A program made the translations under genes and the position numbers. The notes under the pieces are model-generated. The model had not been told where the DNA came from. It was given only the letters and a program-made list of their open reading frames with translations, and ran no database searches. From positions 336,902 to 400,901 of IMG/VR virus record IMGVR_UViG_3300045988_181003: 64,000 nt of DNA; one strand, written 5' to 3'. The first letter of the stretch is position 1. The number at the start of each line of letters is the position of its first letter. Below, piece by piece: positions 56,704 to 64,000 of the stretch. The stretch is from a virus.

Positions 56704-57451
56704 TTTCTTTTTCTTTAGTAAGTTTATCTAATTTCTTTTCTAATTCTTCTAGTTTATCCAAAACTCTTTTATCATTGTCATTGCAAAATTCATCTGTGAA
56801 AGCTGATGTGATAAATGATATCCCTAAGATTGAACAAATGAAGACTATCCCTGATACTAAGATTACTCCAAAAGCTCCCATAAAACTATTGTTCTTCTCA
56901 TAGATATTATCAGATATTTCATACCAACCTTCAATAGTGAATAATCTAAATGTCGTATAGAATCCTCTCCACGGACTTTCAAAATATTCTGGATTAGATT
57001 TACCATATAATTGACATAATGATATATTTATAATAAAAAGAACCAATATCATTCCAAGGATTACTGGGACCGAAGTTTTAAATGCTAATTTTAAATTAAC
57101 TAAGATTTTTCTAAATTGTGGAAAAACTTTAATTAACCTGAAACATTTAAGAGTTCTAAATAACCTTAGCAACATTAGAGAACTTATATTATATTCTGGT
57201 AGAAACATCCCAATAAGACAAATATATACTATAGTAGCATCAAGTAAACTAATAATACTGCTAAGATATCCTTTCCTGGAATATATTTTATAAGTAATTT
57301 CCATCGAAAAATAAATAGTAATGAGATGATCACAATACACTAGGGTAGGATACATCTCATTATGAAAACACATGGCGAATAATACTAAAGAGTTAATGCA
57401 AATTAGTATATTCACCATGGTTGAGTTAAAAATATTACTTACATACTTCAT
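56696..57451 (-). CDS. voltage-gated cation channel subunit (BacNaV/CavMr-like 6-TM, TxEGW filter)
   Basis: six hydrophobic segments; S4 with basic residue every third position (LLRLFRTLKCFRLIKVF); pore motif FRLFTIEGWYE; C-terminal coiled coil (DKRVLDKLEELEKKLDKLTKE) as in bacterial NaV neck. Confidence 0.6.
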   Translation of the reverse strand: MKYVSNIFNSTMVNILICINSLVLFAMCFHNEMYPTLVYCDHLITIYFSMEITYKIYSRKGYLSSIISLLDATIVYICLIGMFLPEYNISSLMLLRLFRTLKCFRLIKVFPQFRKILVNLKLAFKTSVPVILGMILVLFIINISLCQLYGKSNPEYFESPWRGFYTTFRLFTIEGWYEISDNIYEKNNSFMGAFGVILVSGIVFICSILGISFITSAFTDEFCNDNDKRVLDKLEELEKKLDKLTKEKENE

Positions 57452-58313
57452 TCATAATATTTTCAAGTTCTCGAGTATACTCAATAAACTCATTCGATTC
57501 ACGAATTCCTGGAGTTCTTTGCCCAGGGAATTTGATATCGATTATCTTATAGATACTACAAGGATTTGCTTTCAGCACTATAATTCGGTTACTCAGATAA
57601 ACTGCTTCTTCAATAGAATGTGTAACTGAAATAATAGTTGGATCAAATGTACTTTCGTAGTAAATTTTAAGAAGAGTATCCTGTACTTCTCTCTTCATTT
57701 TTATATCGAGCGCACCGGTTGCTTCGTCAAGTAAGAGAATTTGTTTATTCCCTGCCATACTACGAGCTAATGATACTCTTTGAAGTTGTCCTCCTGATAA
57801 CTCTGGTTGTCTAGCCCATTTATAAGAATGCTCTTCTAATCCAACTACTTTTAGAAATCCCATAGCAGTTGATTTAAGCTCATCACCTTTTATTCCTTTC
57901 AGTTTTAGGGGCAACGCTACATTATCTAGAACTGTCATCCATGGAAAACTTGAGTATTGTTGAAAAACCATTGGAATAAAACCATCTAGTGGTTTTCCAT
58001 AAATCAAAACTTCTCCACTTGTCGGCTTATTCAGTCCAGAGATGAGTTTTAGAATTTGACTCTTCCCACAACCAGATTGTCCCATAATTGATATAAATTG
58101 TCCTTCGCCTGGGAAATCGGGTATATCGAAATCAAAGTTTTCAAATAACTTATATTCTTTATCCGTTCCCTCATTAAAGGTAACACTTATATTCTTTAGA
58201 TTAACTACATCTTGTAATTTATCTTCTGATGGAAATGGAGTGATAGTTTTGGTAACTAGTTTAGTTTCTCCAATTTCTTCAGTAAACGTTGATAAATTTA
58301 TATTCTTTTTCAT
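57435..58313 (-). CDS. ABC transporter ATP-binding protein (NitT/TauT family-like)
   Basis: Walker A GQSGCGKSQ, signature LSGGQLQRVSLAR, Walker B ILLLDEATGALD. Confidence 0.85.
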   Translation of the reverse strand: MKKNINLSTFTEEIGETKLVTKTITPFPSEDKLQDVVNLKNISVTFNEGTDKEYKLFENFDFDIPDFPGEGQFISIMGQSGCGKSQILKLISGLNKPTSGEVLIYGKPLDGFIPMVFQQYSSFPWMTVLDNVALPLKLKGIKGDELKSTAMGFLKVVGLEEHSYKWARQPELSGGQLQRVSLARSMAGNKQILLLDEATGALDIKMKREVQDTLLKIYYESTFDPTIISVTHSIEEAVYLSNRIIVLKANPCSIYKIIDIKFPGQRTPGIRESNEFIEYTRELENIMNEVCK

Positions 58314-59119
58314 TTTCGTTTATATGGAAAAAGTACCGGTTCTAATTTTTTGCAGCCATAATCTTGACATATCCCGATTAAGATAATTATAAAGAGAAGA
58401 GCATATATTTCTGGAGTTCTAGATTGTCTACCAAGAGTAGATATCATAGCTCCAATACCTCCTTCTTTATTTAAAGATTCAGCTATAGTTACATAAGTAT
58501 ATGATATTGCTACTAATGAACGAATATCAGAGTATACTTTTCCCATTACATATGGCCAATAGATATATCGGAACTGTTGCCAATTAGTCATACCTATTGT
58601 CTTACCAGTTTGAATATAAATATTATCTTTCTCATTAGTTGGATCTTGTAATTCCAAAACTCTCTGAGTAACTACTGGTAAGATATAGATTAATATACCA
58701 AATGCCAAGAAACTTGCCTTCATATCGAATCCTAATCCTAATGCTGCTATAAAAATGCCAGATGTTGCTGGCAACGGTAAATATCTAATAGCCTCTATAT
58801 ATTTCCTAAATAATGCTCTAGGTAGAGGATATATACCAATTAAAAATCCAGCAGGGATTGCTATTATGATAGCATACACATAACCAGTAAGATTAAGTGA
58901 TATAGTATACCACATCTCCTTAAATAATCCAATCTCAACTAGATCTGGGATTGATTTAAGAACATTTACTGGACTGGGTAAAATCTTTGGGGAGATAATC
59001 CCCCCATTGATTGTTGTGATAAGTTGCCAAAGGATTATCAATACAATAGCACCAATTAATCCAGATGCTATTTCTTTTTTCTTTGAAATTTTACCACCAA
59101 ATTCGATTAAGTCTTTCAT
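58310..59119 (-). CDS. ABC transporter permease (BPD-type inner-membrane component)
   Basis: six predicted TM helices, EAA-like loop region; coupled to ATPase gene. Confidence 0.6.
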   Translation of the reverse strand: MKDLIEFGGKISKKKEIASGLIGAIVLIILWQLITTINGGIISPKILPSPVNVLKSIPDLVEIGLFKEMWYTISLNLTGYVYAIIIAIPAGFLIGIYPLPRALFRKYIEAIRYLPLPATSGIFIAALGLGFDMKASFLAFGILIYILPVVTQRVLELQDPTNEKDNIYIQTGKTIGMTNWQQFRYIYWPYVMGKVYSDIRSLVAISYTYVTIAESLNKEGGIGAMISTLGRQSRTPEIYALLFIIILIGICQDYGCKKLEPVLFPYKRK

Positions 59120-60678
59120 TATTCAGAAATTAATTGAAAGTCTGTAGTTCTATATTCTCTAGAGTCTCCACGGATACCATCTTGAATAGCTTTTTTAGGT
59201 CCGTTACCAACTACAATAAATCGGTTCGGATCCATACCATATACATTCACCAGGTATTCAACAACAGCTGCAGCTCGTTTCTTAGATAAGGATACATTAT
59301 AATCTGCATTACCAGTATTATCGGTGTTTCCTTCAACTCTAACTCGAGCCCCAGAGAATTGTTTAGCAATATCTACAAATTCCCTATCGATTATATTTCT
59401 AGCTTCATTGTCTAGTGCATATCCGTTAACTGGGAATTCGATAACTACTTTTTTATCTGATATAGCTTGTTTGGTTTCTAATTCCTTAGTTGGTGCTTTA
59501 AATTCTTTTGCTTTAGTAGCGCCCTGTTCGTTATCTAATGTATTATTTTCTAATAATTCTTCAATAATACTGGGATAACTAACTTTTGCCCAAGCTAATG
59601 GTGCTTTGCATAAACCAATTCCAGAATAAAGTCTAGACATACGAGTATAGAGTTGATCTGCATTCATTCCCGTATATTCTGGATTAAACCCAAAATAATT
59701 AGCATTATCAGCTAGTGTAGCGTAGTTTACTTTCTTAGAAGATATTAATGCAAAATCTTCTCCCATTCCGAATGCATCAGCAAATGCTTTAGCTCCCTCT
59801 TTGTATGCATAATCTTGATATTTTACTTCAGAATTAGCCCAAAGAATAGCAGTTACTATATTTTTGCTAAATTCTTTATTTTCATCAAGCCATTCTTTTT
59901 TTGCAATTAATCCATCACTGATTAAGTTATTAGCTTGCTTAGTTGAAGTTAATACTTTTGATCCAGGGATAGCTGCTAGACAATCCTCATCGTCCGGTGC
60001 CCATACAACAGCAGCATCAACTTGTTTTGCTTTGAAAGCTGAGGCAGCTTCAGTCCCTGATAAAACTTTAACGAATTTTATATCACTCTGATTCAATCCA
60101 TTTGTTTCTAAGGTATTAAGAAGTAATGTATGTGCAGCAGTGCCTTCAGAGAATGCTATACTTTTTCCCTTTAGATCAGCTACGGTTTTAATTGTATTAT
60201 TAACTACTATAGCATCAGCTCCATTAGAGAAATTCAAAAGCATAAAATATCTTGCATCTGTCATATCTCCGGCAGCAGAAGTTTCAGTTGGGAATGCATC
60301 AAGTGTACAATATGCTATCTGTGCATCACCATTCTTAAATGCAGCCCGACATGCCTCAAAATCATCCATGATGATAATTTTCAATTTCAATCCGAATTTT
60401 TTATCAAAATAAGATCCTTCTTTTCCCTGAAGTCCTCCGTTTCCCCATACAATCGGTTCAAAACCGCAGTATGTATTTACAATCAATGTTGCATCGTAGT
60501 CACCAGATTTAGATGAACTGAATAATCCACTAAATAGATTTTTACTACTTTGTGAGGTTCCATCCTTCTTATCACTCCCCATCATTTTTTGGGATGCAAA
60601 ATAAAGGAACCCTCCGATTACTAATACAACAATACCAATGATTAAATTCCGTCCTAGCGGTGTTAAATGCTTTGCCAT
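59119..60678 (-). CDS. membrane-anchored substrate-binding protein fused to C-terminal OmpA/MotB-like domain
   Basis: N-terminal TM anchor, SsuA/NMT1-like periplasmic binding fold region, C-terminal NTDNTGNADYN.SLS.KRA..V.EYL peptidoglycan-binding OmpA-type motif. Confidence 0.55.
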   Translation of the reverse strand: MAKHLTPLGRNLIIGIVVLVIGGFLYFASQKMMGSDKKDGTSQSSKNLFSGLFSSSKSGDYDATLIVNTYCGFEPIVWGNGGLQGKEGSYFDKKFGLKLKIIIMDDFEACRAAFKNGDAQIAYCTLDAFPTETSAAGDMTDARYFMLLNFSNGADAIVVNNTIKTVADLKGKSIAFSEGTAAHTLLLNTLETNGLNQSDIKFVKVLSGTEAASAFKAKQVDAAVVWAPDDEDCLAAIPGSKVLTSTKQANNLISDGLIAKKEWLDENKEFSKNIVTAILWANSEVKYQDYAYKEGAKAFADAFGMGEDFALISSKKVNYATLADNANYFGFNPEYTGMNADQLYTRMSRLYSGIGLCKAPLAWAKVSYPSIIEELLENNTLDNEQGATKAKEFKAPTKELETKQAISDKKVVIEFPVNGYALDNEARNIIDREFVDIAKQFSGARVRVEGNTDNTGNADYNVSLSKKRAAAVVEYLVNVYGMDPNRFIVVGNGPKKAIQDGIRGDSREYRTTDFQLISE

Positions 60679-60701
60679 TTTTCTTAATTTTTAAAATTTG
60701 A

Positions 60702-61745
60702 TTAAAAGTATTTTCTATTTTTATTTTGTTTCTGAGGAAGATTATCTCTAACTTCTTCATAATCAACATCCTCGATTGATTTTAAACTTGATAGATCTGC
60801 TCCGATATGCTGAGAAGTCAATGAAAATCCAAGACCTTCAAATCCGGTTTTATCAAATTCTGCTAGTATTTTATCTGCTTTTTCTGCAGCTACCATACCA
60901 TCAAGTTCATAATTCAAGAGAATATCATTAGATCCATCCAAGAACCTATTAATCTGTCCGAGTGATTCATTAACTGAATCTGTTATTTGATCAAGTGCTA
61001 GTTGTACTTCAAGACTTTTTGTCAATCCTCTTCCAGACATAATAGCAGCAAAAGATTTCATTGCGCTCTTCTGGGCTTTAGATTGTTCATATTCATCTTT
61101 TCGTACTTTTAATTCATTAGATGCATCCTCTATTTGAAATTTTGCCATTTCTTCCAGTTTCTTCATAACTTTTAGATACTTTTCGGAATTAGCAATTCTA
61201 GTCTCTTGATTTTTAATCTGTTCTTGTAAACGAACTATTTGCCGCTGTGACAGAATTTCCTTATCTCGAATCCCCTTAAGTTTTGCTGCTTGTAATCTAG
61301 CAGTTTCGTTTAAGAAATCTTCTTTAGATTGATCTCTTTTCTTTTTCATTCCTTCAAGAAGACCCTGAAGTTTATCAATATTGGAGCTAATCAATACTAA
61401 TTTTTTCTCCATCTCTTGAACTCCAAGCGCTAAAATATTGACTGGATCAATTTCCACAATTAAACCAGTTATTTTTCTCATAACCTGTAGGTAAAGTAAT
61501 TCAAACTTTTTTTTAAATTCTGGATTCGTGATTAAGGCTAGAATTGCCCAAATCAAGATTAACATTAGAATCAATGTTAATACATTACTAGCTAGGGTGA
61601 TAAGTATTGGCAGCATTTTATATAATACTACCAAAAATCCACCAAGTGCACCCCATGCTACAATTTTACCTAGTGTTCCGCCTGGTCGATTCCAAAGATT
61701 AATTTTCTTTTCTTCCATAATTCTTCTATTGTATTGATTTATCAA
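60702..61745 (-). CDS. PspA/IM30-like coiled-coil protein with N-terminal transmembrane extension
   Basis: hydrophobic N-terminus then helix with QEME motif (ALGVQEMEKKLV) and long heptad-repeat region, as in PspA/Vipp1. Confidence 0.35.
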   Translation of the reverse strand: MINQYNRRIMEEKKINLWNRPGGTLGKIVAWGALGGFLVVLYKMLPILITLASNVLTLILMLILIWAILALITNPEFKKKFELLYLQVMRKITGLIVEIDPVNILALGVQEMEKKLVLISSNIDKLQGLLEGMKKKRDQSKEDFLNETARLQAAKLKGIRDKEILSQRQIVRLQEQIKNQETRIANSEKYLKVMKKLEEMAKFQIEDASNELKVRKDEYEQSKAQKSAMKSFAAIMSGRGLTKSLEVQLALDQITDSVNESLGQINRFLDGSNDILLNYELDGMVAAEKADKILAEFDKTGFEGLGFSLTSQHIGADLSSLKSIEDVDYEEVRDNLPQKQNKNRKYF

Positions 61746-62436
61746 TTTTTTCTTTATCTGTGTTTAATGTCTTAAGAACACTATCCACACTAAGTTGAAA
61801 AGTCTTCTCTTTTGTATCCAGCTCTGATTTTTCTGACATTATCTCAGCTGATAATTTGTTTATTTTAATCGATGATTGTTGAAGTTTCTCTTGTAGTGCT
61901 TCTATCTGTTTTTGATAATTAGAAGCTTCTTCTTTGAGTGATTTAAGTTTATCTTCTTTATCACCGATTTTTTCTTTTCTAGACTCTTTTAATTCTTCAA
62001 GCCCTAGTTTTCTTTCTTCATCTACAATTCCTTTATAGGTTTCGATTGAATCTAGAATAATCTGTTTAGTTAACTGTGGGGCTCCTTGTTTTAGAACGTT
62101 GAAAGCAGCTGGTAATCGTTGAGAATCATCTGGAATAAAACTCTCTAATCCCTTTGCGGTTGTTTTCAATTCTAAATAATCTGGCCCTGGTAGATCTCTA
62201 GCAACAACTGCAGACCATATGGAATTTATAATTTCCTGATTAGGCACTGCAAATATACTAGATTCCTCCTCCTCTTTTTTAGGATTTTCATCTACTCTGG
62301 GTGGATTAGTAGCAATATATTCAAGAGGGTCTTTTGTAACCTCTTCTTTCGATACTTCCTCTTGGTCTTTTTGTTCTGCTTTTTTCTTTTTAGATGACTT
62401 TCCATCATCTGTAAATAAAAGATCTTTAAGTCCCAT
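61726..62436 (-). CDS. coiled-coil protein (possible PspA-module partner)
   Basis: 236 codons, K/E-rich N-terminus, C-terminal heptad repeats. Confidence 0.35.
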   Translation of the reverse strand: MGLKDLLFTDDGKSSKKKKAEQKDQEEVSKEEVTKDPLEYIATNPPRVDENPKKEEEESSIFAVPNQEIINSIWSAVVARDLPGPDYLELKTTAKGLESFIPDDSQRLPAAFNVLKQGAPQLTKQIILDSIETYKGIVDEERKLGLEELKESRKEKIGDKEDKLKSLKEEASNYQKQIEALQEKLQQSSIKINKLSAEIMSEKSELDTKEKTFQLSVDSVLKTLNTDKEKIDKSIQ

Positions 62437-62577
62437 AATTACAATTTTTTAATATTAATTTATTTATATAATTTAATTGTTTCATTCATATATAAGAATT
62501 TGTGGTTATCTTGAAATTATCATAATTCCGATCTGAAAATCTGATACTCTTATCTATGATTAACAAAATAACAAATT
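62437..62577. promoter_or_regulatory. divergent intergenic region, presumed promoters
   Basis: strand switch; AT-rich 140 bp. Confidence 0.3.
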
Positions 62578-63201
62578 ATGGAAAAGAACAAAAAAATAAC
62601 AGCGGAACAATATCGTGAAGGGATTTATGATATCTGCAGTTTCCTTTACTCTGAGATGAAATATTTTCTAGAAAAAGAAAATAGATATTATGGAAAAGTA
62701 AAATCATTTATGAATAATCTTAGAGATGCTTTTCAATCTAGTGATCAGAAAATTACAGAAGATGATTTGGAAATATATGGTAGAGTTCTATATGTAGTAA
62801 GATTTCAAATTTATAAAGATTTTACTAGATTAGGACAAAAAAGATTATCAGCGGCTGATAGAATTATAGTAATTATCAAAAAATTATTAGATCTATCAGA
62901 TAATATTCCAATTGAATCAGAGGAGGAATATAGATTTGAAAGAGAGACTAGAACAATAAAGAAAGTTATTACAAGGATGTTTGAAAATATTAGAAATAGA
63001 GCAAAAGAAGATTCTTTATATACTCTATCTAACTTAATTACTCAATCAGTGGCAGAAGAAAGGTATGGGAAAATATCATACAATACTTTTGACTTGATTT
63101 CAATTGAATATCCTAAGCCAAAAGAATTAGTTCTCAAAGGTGAGGAAACTTTAATGTCATCTGAATCTACTAGTGTGAAGAAAAAAGAGATTACTCTATG
63201 A
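62578..63201 (+). CDS. hypothetical protein
   Basis: 207-codon ORF. Confidence 0.45.
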   Translation: MEKNKKITAEQYREGIYDICSFLYSEMKYFLEKENRYYGKVKSFMNNLRDAFQSSDQKITEDDLEIYGRVLYVVRFQIYKDFTRLGQKRLSAADRIIVIIKKLLDLSDNIPIESEEEYRFERETRTIKKVITRMFENIRNRAKEDSLYTLSNLITQSVAEERYGKISYNTFDLISIEYPKPKELVLKGEETLMSSESTSVKKKEITL

Positions 63202-63244
63202 ACGAGTAAGAGACTTGTGTTTAAATCGACTAAAATTTGTATAG

Positions 63245-63454
63245 ATGAATAGAGCAGATGTTAAGTTATTAATTGTTAATGATGCTGATATGAACTGTGA
63301 TATAGCAAAAGATACTATAGACAATATGTCCATTGCTAATGTCTCATTTGTAAAAGCCGATCTAGACCGTTTCGATATGATTATATATGTTGGAGCTAAA
63401 GGATCAAAAATATTAAAATCTAAATATACACCATTAGGAAGAATAATAAGATAA
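63245..63454 (+). CDS. hypothetical small protein
   Basis: 69-codon ORF. Confidence 0.3.
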   Translation: MNRADVKLLIVNDADMNCDIAKDTIDNMSIANVSFVKADLDRFDMIIYVGAKGSKILKSKYTPLGRIIR

Positions 63455-63471
63455 ATTTAAAAATTGTAACT

Positions 63472-63861
63472 ATGAAACTGAAGGAATTTATTAAAAAATA
63501 TTATGATACTGATAAGATAGATCATAATGTAGTTTTGAGAATGTATCAAGAATCTGGTGCTATGAGTAAATTCAAAAACTCAAGCATGTTTGAAGCATAT
63601 CTTACTAGACGACTTGATTATGACGTATACTATTCAAATGTTATTCAGGACTCTTCAGTAAAGAATAAAGAAACAGTAGAATTTACCCTAAATTTAGGAA
63701 AAGATAATTACTATTTCAGTGAAGAATCTGCTAAATCATTCCAAGAGAAATTTATCTCTAGTGGATTGAAAAAACATATTGGATATAGAAAAATGAATTC
63801 CCCAAGTTTGTGGTCTTGGGAAGGAGTGAAATATCTATTTACTTCAAGAAAATATGAGTAA
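63472..63861 (+). CDS. hypothetical protein
   Basis: 129-codon ORF. Confidence 0.45.
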   Translation: MKLKEFIKKYYDTDKIDHNVVLRMYQESGAMSKFKNSSMFEAYLTRRLDYDVYYSNVIQDSSVKNKETVEFTLNLGKDNYYFSEESAKSFQEKFISSGLKKHIGYRKMNSPSLWSWEGVKYLFTSRKYE

Positions 63862-63885
63862 TAGAGAAGGAGAAGAAATAAAAAA

Positions 63886-63924
63886 GCTAGAAATTAATCT
63901 AGCTTTTATTTTTTTTTTGATTTT
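63886..63924. terminator. bidirectional rho-independent terminator
   Basis: A-run, hairpin agctagaaATTAATctagct, long T-run. Confidence 0.7.
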
Positions 63925-64000
63925 ATAGTCTTAATACTCCATCAATATATTCTTGATACCATCTAGACAATCGTCTACAGATATCAGTATATTTGTTTAA
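63923..64000 (-). CDS. 3' end of a minus-strand gene truncated by the window edge
   Basis: only open frame on the minus strand (…LNKYTDICRRLSRWYQEYIDGVLRL*) ending at TAA 63923-63925 just before the terminator. Confidence 0.25.
   Translation of the reverse strand, partial: LNKYTDICRRLSRWYQEYIDGVLRL

Noticed and set aside
1-64000. Possibility of a recoded stop codon (alternative genetic code), as seen in some very large phages
   Set aside because: Standard-code ORFs tile the window almost gap-free, with coupled start/stop overlaps and recognisable full-length homologs (IF-1, RtcB, flotillin, ABC ATPase). Recoding is unnecessary.
1-64000. CRISPR arrays or tandem direct repeats
   Set aside because: I saw no regularly spaced short direct repeats. 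The only significant repeats are the DGR TR/VR copies and the two-copy intergenic motif.

Overview
The window is AT-rich throughout, with short islands of higher GC, and is densely packed with long ORFs in large co-directional blocks. The content is phage-like: a family of very large tail-fibre or receptor-binding proteins, a virion-structural block, RNase H, a homing-endonuclease-like protein, RtcB, an RNA-ligase-like protein, and rho-independent terminators at most strand switches. It also carries cell-like genes typical of very large phages: translation initiation factor IF-1, a YqiK-type flotillin with a YqiJ-like partner, a PspA-like protein, a NitT/TauT-type ABC transporter, a MoxR AAA+/vWA pair and a putative tetrameric voltage-gated cation channel. 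The standard genetic code fits; no tRNA or CRISPR array was found.

The most notable feature is a diversity-generating retroelement (DGR). A reverse transcriptase (26190-27719, minus) has a roughly 90-nt template repeat upstream of it (27931-28020) that is rich in AAC codons. This template matches the 3' end of a 943-aa fibre gene about 13.8 kb away (14041-14130). All 15 mismatches fall on template adenines, which is the DGR hallmark. A second fibre paralog (870 aa) carries a diverged copy of the variable repeat with non-adenine changes and a damaged IMH-like 3' end. A third paralog (909 aa), next to the template repeat, has no variable repeat. The retargetable variable repeat is followed by a GC-rich inverted-repeat insert of about 75 nt that the degenerate repeat's locus lacks.

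Other features worth a second look are a phage infA, an RtcB plus Rnl-like pair that may repair tRNA, the putative voltage-gated channel, the membrane-remodelling and transport island, the MoxR-vWA-peptidase pair, and a conserved intergenic sequence of about 40 nt present twice.
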